A DNA stretch of 45,888 nt from the NCBI GenBank assembly GCA_025603075.1, contig MU626418.1:1-45888 (forward strand). Direction: 5' to 3'. Both the position numbers and the translations under genes were made by a program. This document shows positions 24,106 to 36,623 of the stretch, piece after piece. The notes beneath the pieces were generated by a model. That model saw nothing but the letters and a program-made list of their open reading frames with translations, did no database searches and was not told the DNA's origin. Within the stretch, counting starts at the first letter, position 1; the number at the start of each line of letters is the position of its first letter. This DNA is from Neoconidiobolus thromboides FSU 785. Lineage: Eukaryota > Fungi > Entomophthoromycota.

Positions 24106-24975
24106 ATGAAACCATTTCTTTTAGCAAGCGGTGCCGAAATTCCAAGAATAGGTCTAGGAACCTGGCAATTGCCAAAAGACAAAGTGGGCGGTTTAATTAA
24201 GGAGGCACTTAAATTGGGGTATAGACATTTGGACTGTGCTTTAGATTACGGAAATGAAAAGGAAATTGGGGACGCCATTAGAGAGAGTGGAATCAAAAGA
24301 AATGAAATTTTTATAACTTCAAAGCTTTGGAACACTTACCATCGTCCCGATCTTGTAAAAAAAGCTATCACTAAAACTTTGGCCGACTTGCAAGTCGACT
24401 ATTTAGATTTATATCTTATTCACTTTCCTCACCCAGAACCTGCTGAGGATGAAAACATTGAAATGAAGGACTTCAAACCAAGCTATTCTATTGTAGATAC
24501 TTGGAATGCTATGCAAGAATTAGTTGATTTAGGTTTGGTTAAACATATCGGTGTATCTAATTTCACCATCAACCGTATTAAAGATGTGTTGAATAGTAAT
24601 CCAAAACATTTACCTGCAGCCAACCAAGTAGAGTTACATCCTTATTTAGCACAAAATGAATTGATTGATTTCTGTAATCAACATAATATTCATGTAACAG
24701 GATATTCACCATTAGGTTCTAATAATAATACACCTGTGTTGATAAAAGAAAAAATCCTTTTAGACGTTGCCGAAAAATACAAGGCTTCCCCTGCTCAAGT
24801 TTTACTTAGCTGGGGTATAGCTAGAGGTACTTCTGTAATCCCGAGGACTACTAATTTTGATAGATTAAAGCAAAATATTGAGCTTATTGAACTTAGTAAA
24901 GAAGATACTGAAGCCATCAATAGTTTAAATCAAGGAATTCGATTTAATACTTATTATGACGTATATGATTATTAA
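24106..24975 (+). CDS. Aldo-keto reductase (Gcy1/Ypr1-like), single exon
   Basis: IGLGTWQ, GYRHLDCALDYGNE (catalytic Asp and Tyr), FITSKLWN (Lys), YLIHFP (His), IGVSNF, NQVELHP, YSPLGS. Confidence 0.95.
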   Translation: MKPFLLASGAEIPRIGLGTWQLPKDKVGGLIKEALKLGYRHLDCALDYGNEKEIGDAIRESGIKRNEIFITSKLWNTYHRPDLVKKAITKTLADLQVDYLDLYLIHFPHPEPAEDENIEMKDFKPSYSIVDTWNAMQELVDLGLVKHIGVSNFTINRIKDVLNSNPKHLPAANQVELHPYLAQNELIDFCNQHNIHVTGYSPLGSNNNTPVLIKEKILLDVAEKYKASPAQVLLSWGIARGTSVIPRTTNFDRLKQNIELIELSKEDTEAINSLNQGIRFNTYYDVYDY

Positions 24976-25572
24976 AATTTATTCATAAAGTATTAGGCAT
25001 TATTTTTACCTTTTATTTGTAAAATTACACTAGTAAGCAATACTTAAATGATTTTTTTAAATTCCTAACAGTTTTCTTTTTATAAACTTATTAAAATTAT
25101 TAGTAATATATTAAATCCAGATATTAACATCTTAAAGCATACTTTGGGTTAATGATAATTAGTCCTCAATATTAAAAAAATAATAATAGTAGTACAGCTA
25201 AGCGAAGTTCACATAGCTTAACTTGAACTTTAAGAACAAGTTAATCCTAATCAAAGTAAGTGGATCTATTGTTAAATAACAGCATACTCTAAAAGCTCAA
25301 TAGTTGTATGATAAATAAACTATTTGTGAATAAAGATATTATAATAAGATCATGATTAGCTAACATACTAATAATAAAACAAAAAGCAAAAATACAAAAG
25401 TGAATGACTAAATGATTTAGTAAAAATGAAAAGAGAAATAAATCAATTCCAATCTAAAACTCTATAGTACAACATTTAAACCGCTTCAGAAATAGAAAGA
25501 AATATTTAGAGTACCTTATAATAATCTAAAAAAATATCCGATTTTTAGTTTTAATAAGATTCCAACTTAAAT

Positions 25573-26086
25573 TTAATCCTCCCAACTTAACTCCACTGTT
25601 TCCTTAACTCTTCGAATGTATTCCTTTGTATTATCCCTATATAGCTGAGCCGCTTCAACATTAGCTGGTGAAGAAGGATTGGGGTCATGTAATAAAGATT
25701 GAATAGACGTAAGTATGGCTGCTACATCATAAGTTGGACTCCATCTATTTTGTAAAATATCTAAACATAACTCCCCGGAGGCATATACGTTTGGATGGAA
25801 CATCTTTGAGGTAAACTTTACAGTTGGTGGTTTATTTGGATATGTTTCTTCAAATTGTAGTATTAATTTAAACGTACCGTCTTCAAACGGGGTTTCAGCT
25901 AAATAAAGTCCGGTATGTTTAGTTTACGATTTGATTTATTTAAAAAAATAGCTTACGTGGTCCAAATATTACCGCGTTCCATAACATTATATTATCTGCA
26001 CATGGCGCCCCTGATATCCCCTCTGAAGCATCAGCCTGTAGGCGCTTAAAATCTCTCATTAACCTTCTGCGGGCTGGAGTTGACAT
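25573..26086 (-). CDS. RAD6: Ubiquitin-conjugating enzyme E2 Rad6/Ubc2, 1 intron
   Basis: [16 protein letters not shown]...[12 protein letters not shown]|[12 protein letters not shown]...[37 protein letters not shown]; no acidic tail. Confidence 0.96.
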
Positions 26087-26769
26087 AATGAAATTAAAGT
26101 GATAAAAAAATAAAGCTGCTTAAAAATTCACTTTATTATTTATTGTGATATTTTTGCTGTGGAGAAGTGCTTAGTTTGGTTGAACCAATCATTATCTAGT
26201 CATTTTTTCTGTCCAAGAAACCCACTACAAACTAACTTTAGAGTCTGTTTTCGGTTGAGTTTGTATAAAAATCGATTGTATACTTATTTTAGGTTAATTA
26301 ATAGTCTTATGCTTTCATATTTAAATTTGATGATCAAGGCTAATTATAAATCAAAAGCTATTATTATACTCTAAGTTATGTACAAAATCGAGCTAAGTTA
26401 AAAATGAGTAATAAAATAATAACATATATAAAATGATATTCTACTTTATAAATGGATTAAAATAAAAATTTAGGATTTTTATTAACAATCAATCATAATC
26501 AATTAAATGCTGCAAAGTACTATAGTAGTTAAATTGCTTTAAAAGGCCTGACACATGGGATACAGCTGTATTCAAATTCTTAAAATGAGCCCAGTATTAA
26601 TATCCAATAGGTGATTTAAATAAATAAAAAATAAGATGGATTATATCTATTTAATCTATCATGAATAATGGACATAAGATTAAAAAGTATGAAAGAAGCG
26701 TTATAAAATTTAAATTTATTCCCTCTATAAGCTATCTATAACGTAAAATTTATAAGGAAGTATCCATGA

Positions 26770-27434
26770 TTAGTAACAGCATTTGCAGTCAAACGGACAT
26801 AATGGAGTATCTATTTTATTAGCTGTTATCTTATAATTTTGACCATTAATTACCTCCTTCTCCTTCTCCTATTTTAAGCTCTTTCAAGTCGAAGATAGGA
26901 TAGCCTTCTTCAGTTAATTTTCTTTCTAATATTAATTTAAAATCTTTTTTTTAAAAAAGAGAAAAATCAGTTACTTCCTTTAGTTCCTCTAGAATCAAAG
27001 AAATCATCTTCTTCATTAATAATTGGTTTTTGTTTAGAATTTAGTGTATTCTTCTCTTGAAAAACAATCTTGTCAACTTTTGGCTTTGCTTTGGTGTTAT
27101 TGTTAGTAACTATTTATATTTAGACATATCCTTATATTATTTCTATAAAGAAACGTACTTGCTTGTTTGTTCTCTACAACCGGTTCCTTACTCGACTTCT
27201 TTTTTGAAAATAAATCGTCAATGAATTTATCATTGTCTACAAAATTAAAAGTTGTACACTTTGTATTATTAAATTACCTTTTGAATTTATATTTTTGGTT
27301 ATGCTTGATTTATCTACTGGTACAATTTATTAGTCCATATAATACTATTAAACTATTTATTTACTTTTTTCTAAGTTATTTTTAGTATTTTGTTTATTTC
27401 CTTTACTTTTCAATTTCTTATTAAGTTGAGCCAT
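26770..27434 (-). CDS. DUF1764-family small lysine-rich protein, multi-exon
   Basis: Spliced C-terminus DDFFDSRG...KLTEEGYPIFDLKELKIGEGEG|DTPLCPFDCKCCY-TAA matches my recollection of the DUF1764 motif (TPLCPFDCxCC). Internal exon phases not fully verified. Confidence 0.75.
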
Positions 27435-27768
27435 TGTTAAAACAAATAAAAAACCAAACTTATTCTATTTAAACTTTTAGAATAAAATAAGAAGGATTAA
27501 AAATACAAAGTGCCACTTATACTACTAGGAAAAATTAAAAGATATTGATAAAACTTATTTTATATCTATACTTTCTTTTATTGATAGTTTGGAGTGTTAT
27601 TTACTTTCAAAAACTAGTATTTTAAATATAATAAATACAACGCTGCTCAGCTTATGCCACTTTTTGCATAATGTAAATTTCGTGAAATCATTGCAAATTG
27701 AGAACTAAAGTATAAAAGGGGTGATTTTTGTTTTTCAATTTTAACTTTTTATTTCATTTCTTTTAAAA

Positions 27769-30700
27769 ATGTTAGATTCAGAGTCAGAATCAGATGTTCA
27801 AGAAATAAGACATAATAGAAGAAGACGTGCAGTAATAGATGATGAAAGCCCGGATGAAGAAGAGGAAGATGAAGAAGATGAAGAAGGTCTGGATGAGTTT
27901 GAAAAGGATGACTTTTTAGTAGATGAAGAAGAAGAAGAGGAGGAAGAAGAGACTATTAAAGTTAAAAAACCAAAGAAAAAGAAGAAAATATCGAATAGTA
28001 ATTTATTGTAACTACTCGTGGTTTAAACTAAAACAATATTAGGTGAGGACGAACTTGATGAAGCGGATCTTGATTTGATTAAAGAGAATACTGGTTTGAA
28101 CTTGGGCTCAAATAAAGTAAGTTTCTTCAATAATAAATATTTAGATTGATTTCTTAATAATCAAAGTTAACCCGTCTTCAAAGAAAGAGAGATGATGATT
28201 ACTCTGATGAACAAGAAGATTACGATCAAAATTATAATAAGGATCATTTAAACAATATGTTTGCAGATGAAGAAGAAGGAATTGTGCAAGACGAGGAATA
28301 TGATGATTATTTAGATGATTTTATTGAGCATGATCTTGGAGATGATGAAGAAGATATGCAAGATGAAGATCCTCAAGTAATGATGGAACGCAGAGAAAAA
28401 ATAAGGCAACAAAAATCCGAACACCTCCGTAAGTTACGAGCATCTGGCGTTGATGTTGAGTAAGTTCATTTATTTTATATTTAATTTTATGCTAATCTCA
28501 TTTAGAGTTCAAGACATTATCATTGAAATTTTTGGTGATGGAACTGATTATAACTATGCTATGTTTGATCCAGACGTCGTCAGAGAATCGAATAAAGAAG
28601 CTCCACAGACTGCGCTTCAAGCAGCTTTTGAACCTGCTGAACTTGCTGAAAGAATGATGACAGAGCAAGATGAAATTATTCGGAATATGGATATGCCTGA
28701 GAGGATGCAAGGGAGGTTCGCTGATTTGATGGATAATAGGCCCGATGATTCAGAAATTGAAGCAGAAGCTACTTGGATATGTAACAAGATGGTTGATTTA
28801 TTGCAATCAGAATTCTTTTCAGAAGTAGCAACTAGTACAGCACCATCAATAGTAAAGGACTCAGTAACGGCATGCCTTGCTTTTTTCAATAAAGATTTCC
28901 TTGAAGTTCCATTTATTTGGCATTATCGTAGAGACTATTTGATTCACCAAGATTCCAAAATTGATCACCTAAAAGACATTCTTCAGTTACCTGATATCTG
29001 GAGAATATATGATCTTGATAGCAAATATAAATTATTTCGTGGACAGCTCAAGAAATTCGAGAATAATTATTTAAATAATGAAAAAGAAAAGAGGTTTGAT
29101 GACTACGTTGAAAGATACGCTCGAAGTGTTGAAAAAATTGAGGAAGTACAGGATATGATTGATTATATTAGTGTTAACTTTAGCTCCAAATCGAAAGGCC
29201 CTCGAGTGAATAACTCAAATGCAAATTTTTTTGAAAATTGTAAGCTAGCAGGGCTTGATGATTTGGTTTTGGAGTTCGGAATTTCACCACAAAACTTTGG
29301 GATCAATGTAATAGAAGGCCTAAATGTATATATTTCTCAAGATCCTCCGATAGCACCGCTTGAACTGTGTAAAAAATATGTATCAAAATATTTACCTACC
29401 CCCGAGCTTGTGCTTAAAAACATAAAAACATATATTTCGCAGCTCATGTATTACGATTTGAGATTGAGAAAATCAGTACGACAAGCATTTGAGCTTAGTT
29501 CCGTTATATCTGTGCAACCTACCCCAAGAGGTGTTTTGGAAATAGATACAAATAGTAGATTCTTCTCATTTAAGTTTGTTGATAAAAAGCCAATTTATAA
29601 TATGGGATATAAATTTCTTTTAATGCTAGAAGCAGAGGAACTAGGGTTAATTAAATTGGATGTAACTCTACCTAGAAAAGGGGATTTCATTTCAAATATA
29701 TTACTGTTTTACTATGGTGATCAATCTAACCCCAATTCCAAACTTTGGAATAAGACTCGTTCTGATATAATTGAATTGCTTTTTTATGAAAATTTCTTCC
29801 CTGTGTTAGAAGTTTGGATAAAGGAGAAGCTTAGACTACAAGCACAAGAGTATTTAGCCATCGAAGTCCAAAATGCAATCGAAAGAAAAATAAGTATGGC
29901 ACCTTATAAATCTCATAACATGAGAAGCGGTATCCCTCCTCGCGTGATTGCTATGAGTAACGGTACTGGACAAATGAGAGACCCATCAGTTGCAGTATAT
30001 TTAAATGAGAAGGGCATTGTTGAAGAAGTACTTGAGTTTGGCGACTTGAGGGATGAAGCCAATAAGACCATATTAGCTTCCTTTTTCGAATCACATCCAG
30101 CTGACGTGATCGTTGGATCTGGTTTTGATTTAGCAGCAAGAAGCTTTATGGAAAGAGTTCGAACGGTTTTTTCCGAATCCAGAGCAATCTATGATAGTCC
30201 ATGTGAAATCATATTACATACTGACGAAGCTGCAAGAATATACTTCCTTTTAGATAAAGCACATGAGGAATTTCCAAAATACCATCAAGTCGCGCTATAT
30301 TGTATATCTTTGGCTAGACATCTACAAGATCCACTTATTGAGTTTGCTGCCTTAGGTGAAAACATTTCAAACATCACATTTCATCAATATCAACATCTTT
30401 TGCCCAAAGAAATGCTTGACACAGCTATTGAAAGAGCTTTTGCGAACGTGGTTAGTACTGTTGGTATTCGTATATATATGCTTCCTTCGAATAAAAGATT
30501 AGGAAATTTAGTAAAATATATCCCAGGTCTTGGCCCAAGAAAAGCTCAACTTCTTATAAAAAGAACAGAGGAAGTCGATAGATACGAATCTCGAGCTGAA
30601 TTAGTCACGAGAAAAGGTGTTACAAGAAATGTTTTTGTTAACTGTGCGCCATTTATTCAGCTTTTGAATCCAACTGAGGTTTTAGATGCTACTCGTATGC

Positions 30701-32367
30701 ATCCTGAAGATTATAGTTTAGCAAGAAAAATGGCTGCTGATGCCCTTGAAGTAGATGAAGATGAGATGGATGATAGCAGCCATCCCTCTGCAAATGTTAC
30801 TGAAATTATAGAAAGACAAAGCCATCGCCTTAATGATTTAGATTTATCTGATTATTCTATGATTTTAAGTAAGAAATATGAAGCCCCCAAAACTGCAGTT
30901 TTGACAATGGTTAAGAGGGAATTCTGTAACCCATTTGGTGAAAATCGTTTGCCATTTAAACCTGCAAGCTTTGAAGAGCTTTTTGCGCAACTTACAGGTG
31001 AAACTGTCGAAACACTTAGTTCACATATGACTGTCCCTATTGAAATAACAAAAGTCCTCCCAAGAGTAGTACTTTGCAAATTAAGCTCAGGTTTAGATGG
31101 CGTTATACCATTTCGAAGAATCATTAAAAAAGATGAGCTTCAGCAAGGGTCTATTGTCCAAGCAGCAATTATTTCTGTCAATTTGGAACGATTCCAGGTT
31201 GAACTTTCGTTGCTTGAAGAAGATATACGCGAGTGTCAAAGAAAAGCCAAACTTTATTATAGTAAAGATGGTCCAGGTGTAGATAAATATTTTGCGCAGC
31301 AATTATTTGAGAAAGAACTTACAGATCACCCAGAAATATACCCAAATATGCCTAAACAAATTCGTACTACTAGAACAAGGAATCCCAATGTGGGCGCGAT
31401 TATGAATCCATTTTATAAAGATCTTACTTTCCATGAAGCTGAAGAATATCTTGCAAACAAGAACATTGGCGAATACTTGCTTCGTCCATCATCTCATGGT
31501 GCAAATCATATTTCACTTACATGGAAGTTCTATACCAATGTTTATTATCACTTAAACATAAAGGAAGAAAGCCACCCTGATTTCCCAAATGCTCCACCAC
31601 GCCTTAAAATAGCAAATTACACTTACACGGATTTAGATGAACTTGTAGTCAGTTTTATTGATGCTAGTAGACATAAAGTAGATGAATTAATTAAGCATCC
31701 AAAATTCCATAAAGGTACTCAGAGTAGCTTAGAGGAATATATCACCACCACTTCACTTGCACAACCTAAACAGTCTATTTATGGACTCTGTGTTGATGAT
31801 AAAAGCCCTGGATATTTCAGTTTAGGGTTCAAATTAAATGGAAAATCAAGGTTTATGATATGGCCTATCAAAGTGGAACCTAAGGCATACATTTTAAATA
31901 AAGTATCGTACCCAGATACAAGCGCATTGATGAATGGCTTTAAACTCATGGCAGCCAACCTTGCTGCACAGGCACAAGCGCCTTCTCAAGGCCATCAACA
32001 TATACAAGGGTTTAGACCAATGGCGCGCCCACCAAGACCTTTACCAGTACCACCAAATATGCATGGCCAACCACATCCAATGCATCCAGGTATGCAGGTG
32101 CCAAGGCATCCACGACCAGTAATGCATATGCAAGGACATCGACCACCTCAATTCCCACATCACCAAATGCATATGGGAAGGCCTATCCCACCACCCTTTG
32201 CATCTCAATATCCTGGGGCATTACATCAACATGGTCAACCACAAATGATGATCCCAGGACGCCCTAATAATATTTATCCAGGGCATACAAGTTCATCATT
32301 ACAACCCCAACAAGATCCTAATTACAACCCCCAAAATAACAATTATCATGGCCAACCATATCAGTAA
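27769..32367 (+). CDS. SPT6: Transcription elongation factor / histone chaperone Spt6, 3 introns near the 5' end
   Basis: Acidic N-terminus, AAFEPAELAERMMTEQDEIIRNMDMPERMQ, EVPFIWHYRRDY, YqgF/HhH region (ARHLQDPLIEFA, PGLGPRKA, LDATRMHPEDYSLARKMAADAL), S1 region, tandem SH2 (YLLRPSSHGANHISLTWK), P/Q/H/M-rich tail. ORFs 27769, 28257 and 28450 join via GT-AG introns. Confidence 0.95.
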
Positions 32368-32634
32368 GGTATCGATCTCACTATTTTGATCTATTATAAC
32401 TTTTATATTTCCTTTGGTATTACCTTTTATAGGCTTTTTTAACTAACAAGAAATAATCTCAAAAATAAAATAAAAGTAAAGCATATTATGCAACTTGATA
32501 TTTTATATTTCATCTGATCAAATTTTTCTAACAAGTAATAATAGTAAAGTCTGCTATTGAAACTAAATAAACATTAAAAATGTTAGTAAATTTTTTAAAC
32601 TTTTTTCTATAATAGTGGTGAGTGGATTATATAT

Positions 32635-32733
32635 GGGAATGTATTTTTGTATTCAAGAATTTTACTAACAATTTTTCCACTCAAATAGTGCTTAAAAGAT
32701 GGAAAAAATGCTGAAGCTAAAAAAAACATCCCC
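32635..32733 (-). mobile_element. MITE family copy 3
   Basis: Reverse orientation, 99 bp, ATAT/ATAT flanks. Confidence 0.92.
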
Positions 32734-32890
32734 ATATAGTTATTTTTAATTTGACAAGATTTAATTATCAACTATTAATTTTGATGAATAACTTGAAATT
32801 CAAAATTATTTTATTCTTTAAAGTAGAAGAATAGTTACATATAACTGATCTTTTTCATCAGCACTAAATTATCTCAAATAGAAAAGATAA

Positions 32891-32984
32891 GGGGATGTAT
32901 TTTTATATTTAAGAATTTTATTAACAATTTTTCCACACGAATAGCGCTTAAAAGATGGAAAAATGAAGTCAAAAAAACATCCTC
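32891..32984 (-). mobile_element. MITE family copy 4 (short internal deletion)
   Basis: Reverse orientation, 94 bp, flanked by ATAA (32887-32890) / ATAA (32985-32988). Confidence 0.9.
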
Positions 32985-33107
32985 ATAATTTAAAGTTCAA
33001 TATCTTTTTAATTTTATTTTTATAAGCTATCATGAGAGCACTCCAAGGGAAGAGGATACACTCAGAGACGGCAGCACAGCAATAATTAATCAGTGGATTT
33101 AAAAAGC

Positions 33108-34151
33108 TTAAGCTTTCTTTTTAAGGTCTTTTTTGTTGTTATTTACACCTGTGTCCCCAGCCACATTTTCTTTTTTGTTAAGTGTAGGCGAATTTCTTTT
33201 TGAGTTTATTTTTTTAGGGGAAGAAGTTGATTTTCTAGATGGTGATGGTGGCTTTTCATTACTTTTAGAGTTGGCGCTAAGTTTCTTTCTTTCAGCTTCG
33301 AGCTAATAAATAAATAGTAAAAATACTACAAATCTATAAGTATATTCTTACCGTTCTTTTAATACGATCCAAAGTTTTATCATAAGCTGGTGAAATTGAA
33401 AAACAATTATCCGGTGTATAAGGTGGTTTAACAACTACTTCATCAAGAACAACAATGTCATTTTTGTCCCATTTGCAAGGGAACCTAAAAACAATTTGTT
33501 AAATTAAAAATAAAAGAAATAAAAATACTTACATTTTGCTTAGCGCATTAAAAATTTCTTGTCCATTTTCTGGAGCATTACGGTTAGTTTTCTTATTAAG
33601 ATCAATCGTGTCAGAGATAGCTTTATGATGACGCTGAATAACAGCGTTCATATTAACATAATGAGGTTGGATACCAGTAGATTCTAAATAGAGATCCAGA
33701 GGAGTGGATTGAGCTTTAGTTTCGTTGATTAGTATATCAGTAGGATCCACTGGAGAAATAGACTTAATGGCATTGATTTTGATGATTTTGAAATTATAAC
33801 GCTCATCACGTTCAGCAGTTGGGCTCTTATTTTCCTTTAAGGGTTCCTTACTTTCAGTCATTATAATGAGAATGTTTGCAATAGTATCGTAAGTGTACAC
33901 TCTCCCAGTAAATTCTTTGCCTTGAGTAGTTACAACACGTACATTTAAATCCAAAATCCAACTTGAAGTTTCTCCAGCATTTCCTGAAATAGAACCCTAA
34001 ACAATTAGATATATACTAAAAGGAAAAATAAGTAGTTTACAAAGTTTAAAGAGTGTGTAGTTTCTGGGTTAGTAATACTTTGAGATGCATTATTATTTGC
34101 GGCTCCGTTCCCCTTTATTGAAGTTTGTTTATTTTCAATTGCGTTGCTCAT
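33108..34151 (-). CDS. LSM12: Lsm12-like protein (Sm-like domain plus anticodon-binding AD domain), 3 introns
   Basis: WILDLNVRVVTTQGKEFTGRVYTYDTIANILII...GQEIFNALSKM|FPCKWDKNDIVVLDEVVVKPPYTPDNC...LDRIKRT|LEAERKKL; basic S/K-rich tail ends DLKKKA-TAA at 33108. Confidence 0.85.
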
Positions 34152-35276
34152 CCTGCTAGTTATTAAAATTGGTATTATAGGATCAAAGTTAAACGTGAAA
34201 TATTAGAAAGCTATTTGATTAATAGTAGTATAAATTCAAAGCTAGCCTGATAGCTTAAGTTGTTATGTAAACCTTGTTCACGACTGTGATCTTTAACTGT
34301 TTCATTTTCTCTCGAATTGAGCTTTGATATCATTAATACCCTTTTGATTGGATTATTCTTGCTATTTGTGCACTTTAATTTGCTAAAATTGGAAGTTTAA
34401 CAAATAATATAAAGCCAAAATTTAACTTTGTATGTTTATTTTGCGTCATTTAATTTTATTGTTATTTTTTAACTATTTATTAAGAACAATGTAAAATTTA
34501 ATGTTATTATATATTTTAAGGCATTATAGTCAATTACCAAATTAAATTAAAAACCTAATAAAGATATTTATTTTTTCTTATCAATTGTTATCCTTGAATA
34601 AGCTAAAGTTAGGCTTTTTTAATAAATATTTTTGTCATTTAATAACATTTAACTCTTACTAGTTTGTTAAAATCGTTCAATAAAACATACTATGTAAAAG
34701 CTTTGAAAAGTTTTAACATCTTAAATTACTTGTTGGATGGTAAAGCTTATACAGTTTACTATTTGCGGAATGTCTTTTATCTAATAAATTAATTAACAAT
34801 TGTTTTGAACTTGAAATTACTTTAAAGATAATAAAATACCGATACAAAAAATTATACTCTATATTCTAAATAAATATATATCATACATATAACATGTTTG
34901 CACTATATAGTTATTAAGTTTACTCAAGTATTAGATTTTAAGGTAAGCAATTGATGAACTTTATTGTAATTTAAAGTAGTTACTATCTATTAAATTTATA
35001 CTTTTTCAAATTTATAAAAGGGGGTTTATTAAAGTCAATATTTTTGTATCAAACTGACATTGTCAAAGTGGTATTAAAATTAATGTATTATCTATACGTT
35101 CCTATTATTTGGACACATTCAAAGACAAAGTGCTGTTAGAATTTTAAATTCTATGATTTAAATTAGACAACCACACATTATCGTATTTTCCTAAGGCTTT
35201 AGCTAACTATTATTGCTGTAAAACGAAGGTAATAATATCTTTGAATTACAAAATTACCTAAATTTATAGTTAATAT

Positions 35277-35375
35277 GGGGATGTATTTTTGTGTCTAACA
35301 ATTTTACTAACGATTTTTCCACTTAAATAGCGCTTGGAAGGTGGAAAAAGTAATCAAGCCAAAAAAAACATCCCC
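35277..35375 (-). mobile_element. MITE family copy 5
   Basis: Reverse orientation, 99 bp, ATAT/ATAT flanks. Confidence 0.92.
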
Positions 35376-35839
35376 ATATATTTTTTGGGAATTTAGGTGA
35401 TCTAAAGCATAAGTGTTTTATTTATCAGACAAATAACGAATTATAGCAGTAGTTTATCTCTGAAAAGTATTTAGCTAAAAGTTTTGAAGGAACCTAAGAT
35501 GTAGATTTTGTAAACAATCTGCTTTACATATATTGATATTAGTGCACTTGAACGTTGACCTCTTATTTTTCAAAACCTTCTAATTAAATAGATGATGCAA
35601 TTTTTTTAGGAAACAGATGAGAAAAAGGAAATTGCCATTTTTGTTGTATTGGATTGATGGTGTCAATTTTTTCAAGCTACTTATCTATACGAAAAGGTTG
35701 GTTTATTCAAGGAAGAAAAAAATTAATATAAAGATATAGAAAATAAGAAGTGAGAACTTTAGTTCAAATTTCGATCCTATATTAAAAAATTAACCAAATT
35801 CTAAACAAATCAATTTATGTTATATATGAATAAACATAT

Positions 35840-35933
35840 GAGGATGTTTTTTTGGCTTCATTACTTTTTCCATCTTTTAAGCACTATATGAGTGAAAAGA
35901 TTATTAGTGAAATTCTTAAAAAAATACATCCCC
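35840..35933 (+). mobile_element. MITE family copy 6
   Basis: GAGGATG...ACATCCCC, 94 bp, ATAT/ATAT flanks. Confidence 0.9.
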
Positions 35934-36249
35934 ATATTCTGATATATTAGATTAGTTCGATGTTAAACGAACTTTACAATGTTTTCTATAATTATCAATT
36001 GCGATTTTAGTTTTGTTACTTATACATCCGGGTTTTTCATTTACACAATATAAGCAGTATAATTCCATGCTAGTATATCAAGATGAGTAGCATGAAATTG
36101 GATGTGGATATATATAAGTAACCAATTTAATGTATAAAAAGCAATAAAATCATGTTGTCAATTATTTTTCAGTCAACTGTAGTCTCAACTGATATTCTTA
36201 TTTATTCTGGTAAAAGGTATTAAATAAAGGTGAATTCCTTTCTTGATAT

Positions 36250-36348
36250 GGGAGTGTTTTTTTTGACTTCATTATTTCTTCCATTTTTTAAGCACTATTT
36301 AAGCGGAAAATTTGTTAGTAAAATTCTTAAATACAAAAATACATCCCC
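36250..36348 (+). mobile_element. MITE family copy 7
   Basis: 99 bp, ATAT/ATAT flanks; lies at the 5' end of the hydrolase pseudogene. Confidence 0.92.
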
Positions 36349-36524
36349 ATATTCTAAATTCTTTGGTTTCAGTAAACTACATTATCCAATAGAGGGTATA
36401 TATGTGAGGATAATTATAAAAAAGCAAAGTATCCAAAGGCCATTTTGATCGAGAGCTTGGAGCTGGAGTATCAGTAATTGATCTTTATAGTGGTTATCAA
36501 GACCTTGAGAAGAGGATAGCATAT

Positions 36525-36623
36525 GGGAGTGTTTTTTTTGGCTTCATTACTTTTTCCATCTTTTAAGCGCTATTTGAGTGGAAAAATTATTAGTAAAATT
36601 CTTAAATACAAAAATATATCCCC
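36525..36623 (+). mobile_element. MITE family copy 8 (near-consensus, inserted in a pseudogene exon)
   Basis: 99 bp, ATAT/ATAT flanks; removing the element plus one ATAT restores the frame KRIAYTSFTLNIVFSSSK. Confidence 0.95.

Noticed and set aside
26159-27385. ORF-track ORFs 26159-26374 and 27167-27385 (+)
   Set aside because: The first lies in the RAD6 promoter with a GTG start. The second is antisense to DUF1764 exons and introns.
32983-33110. LSM12 reading through to a stop codon supplied by the MITE end
   Set aside because: Careful translation shows an in-frame TAA at 33108-33110 (…DLKKKA*), about 120 nt before the MITE.
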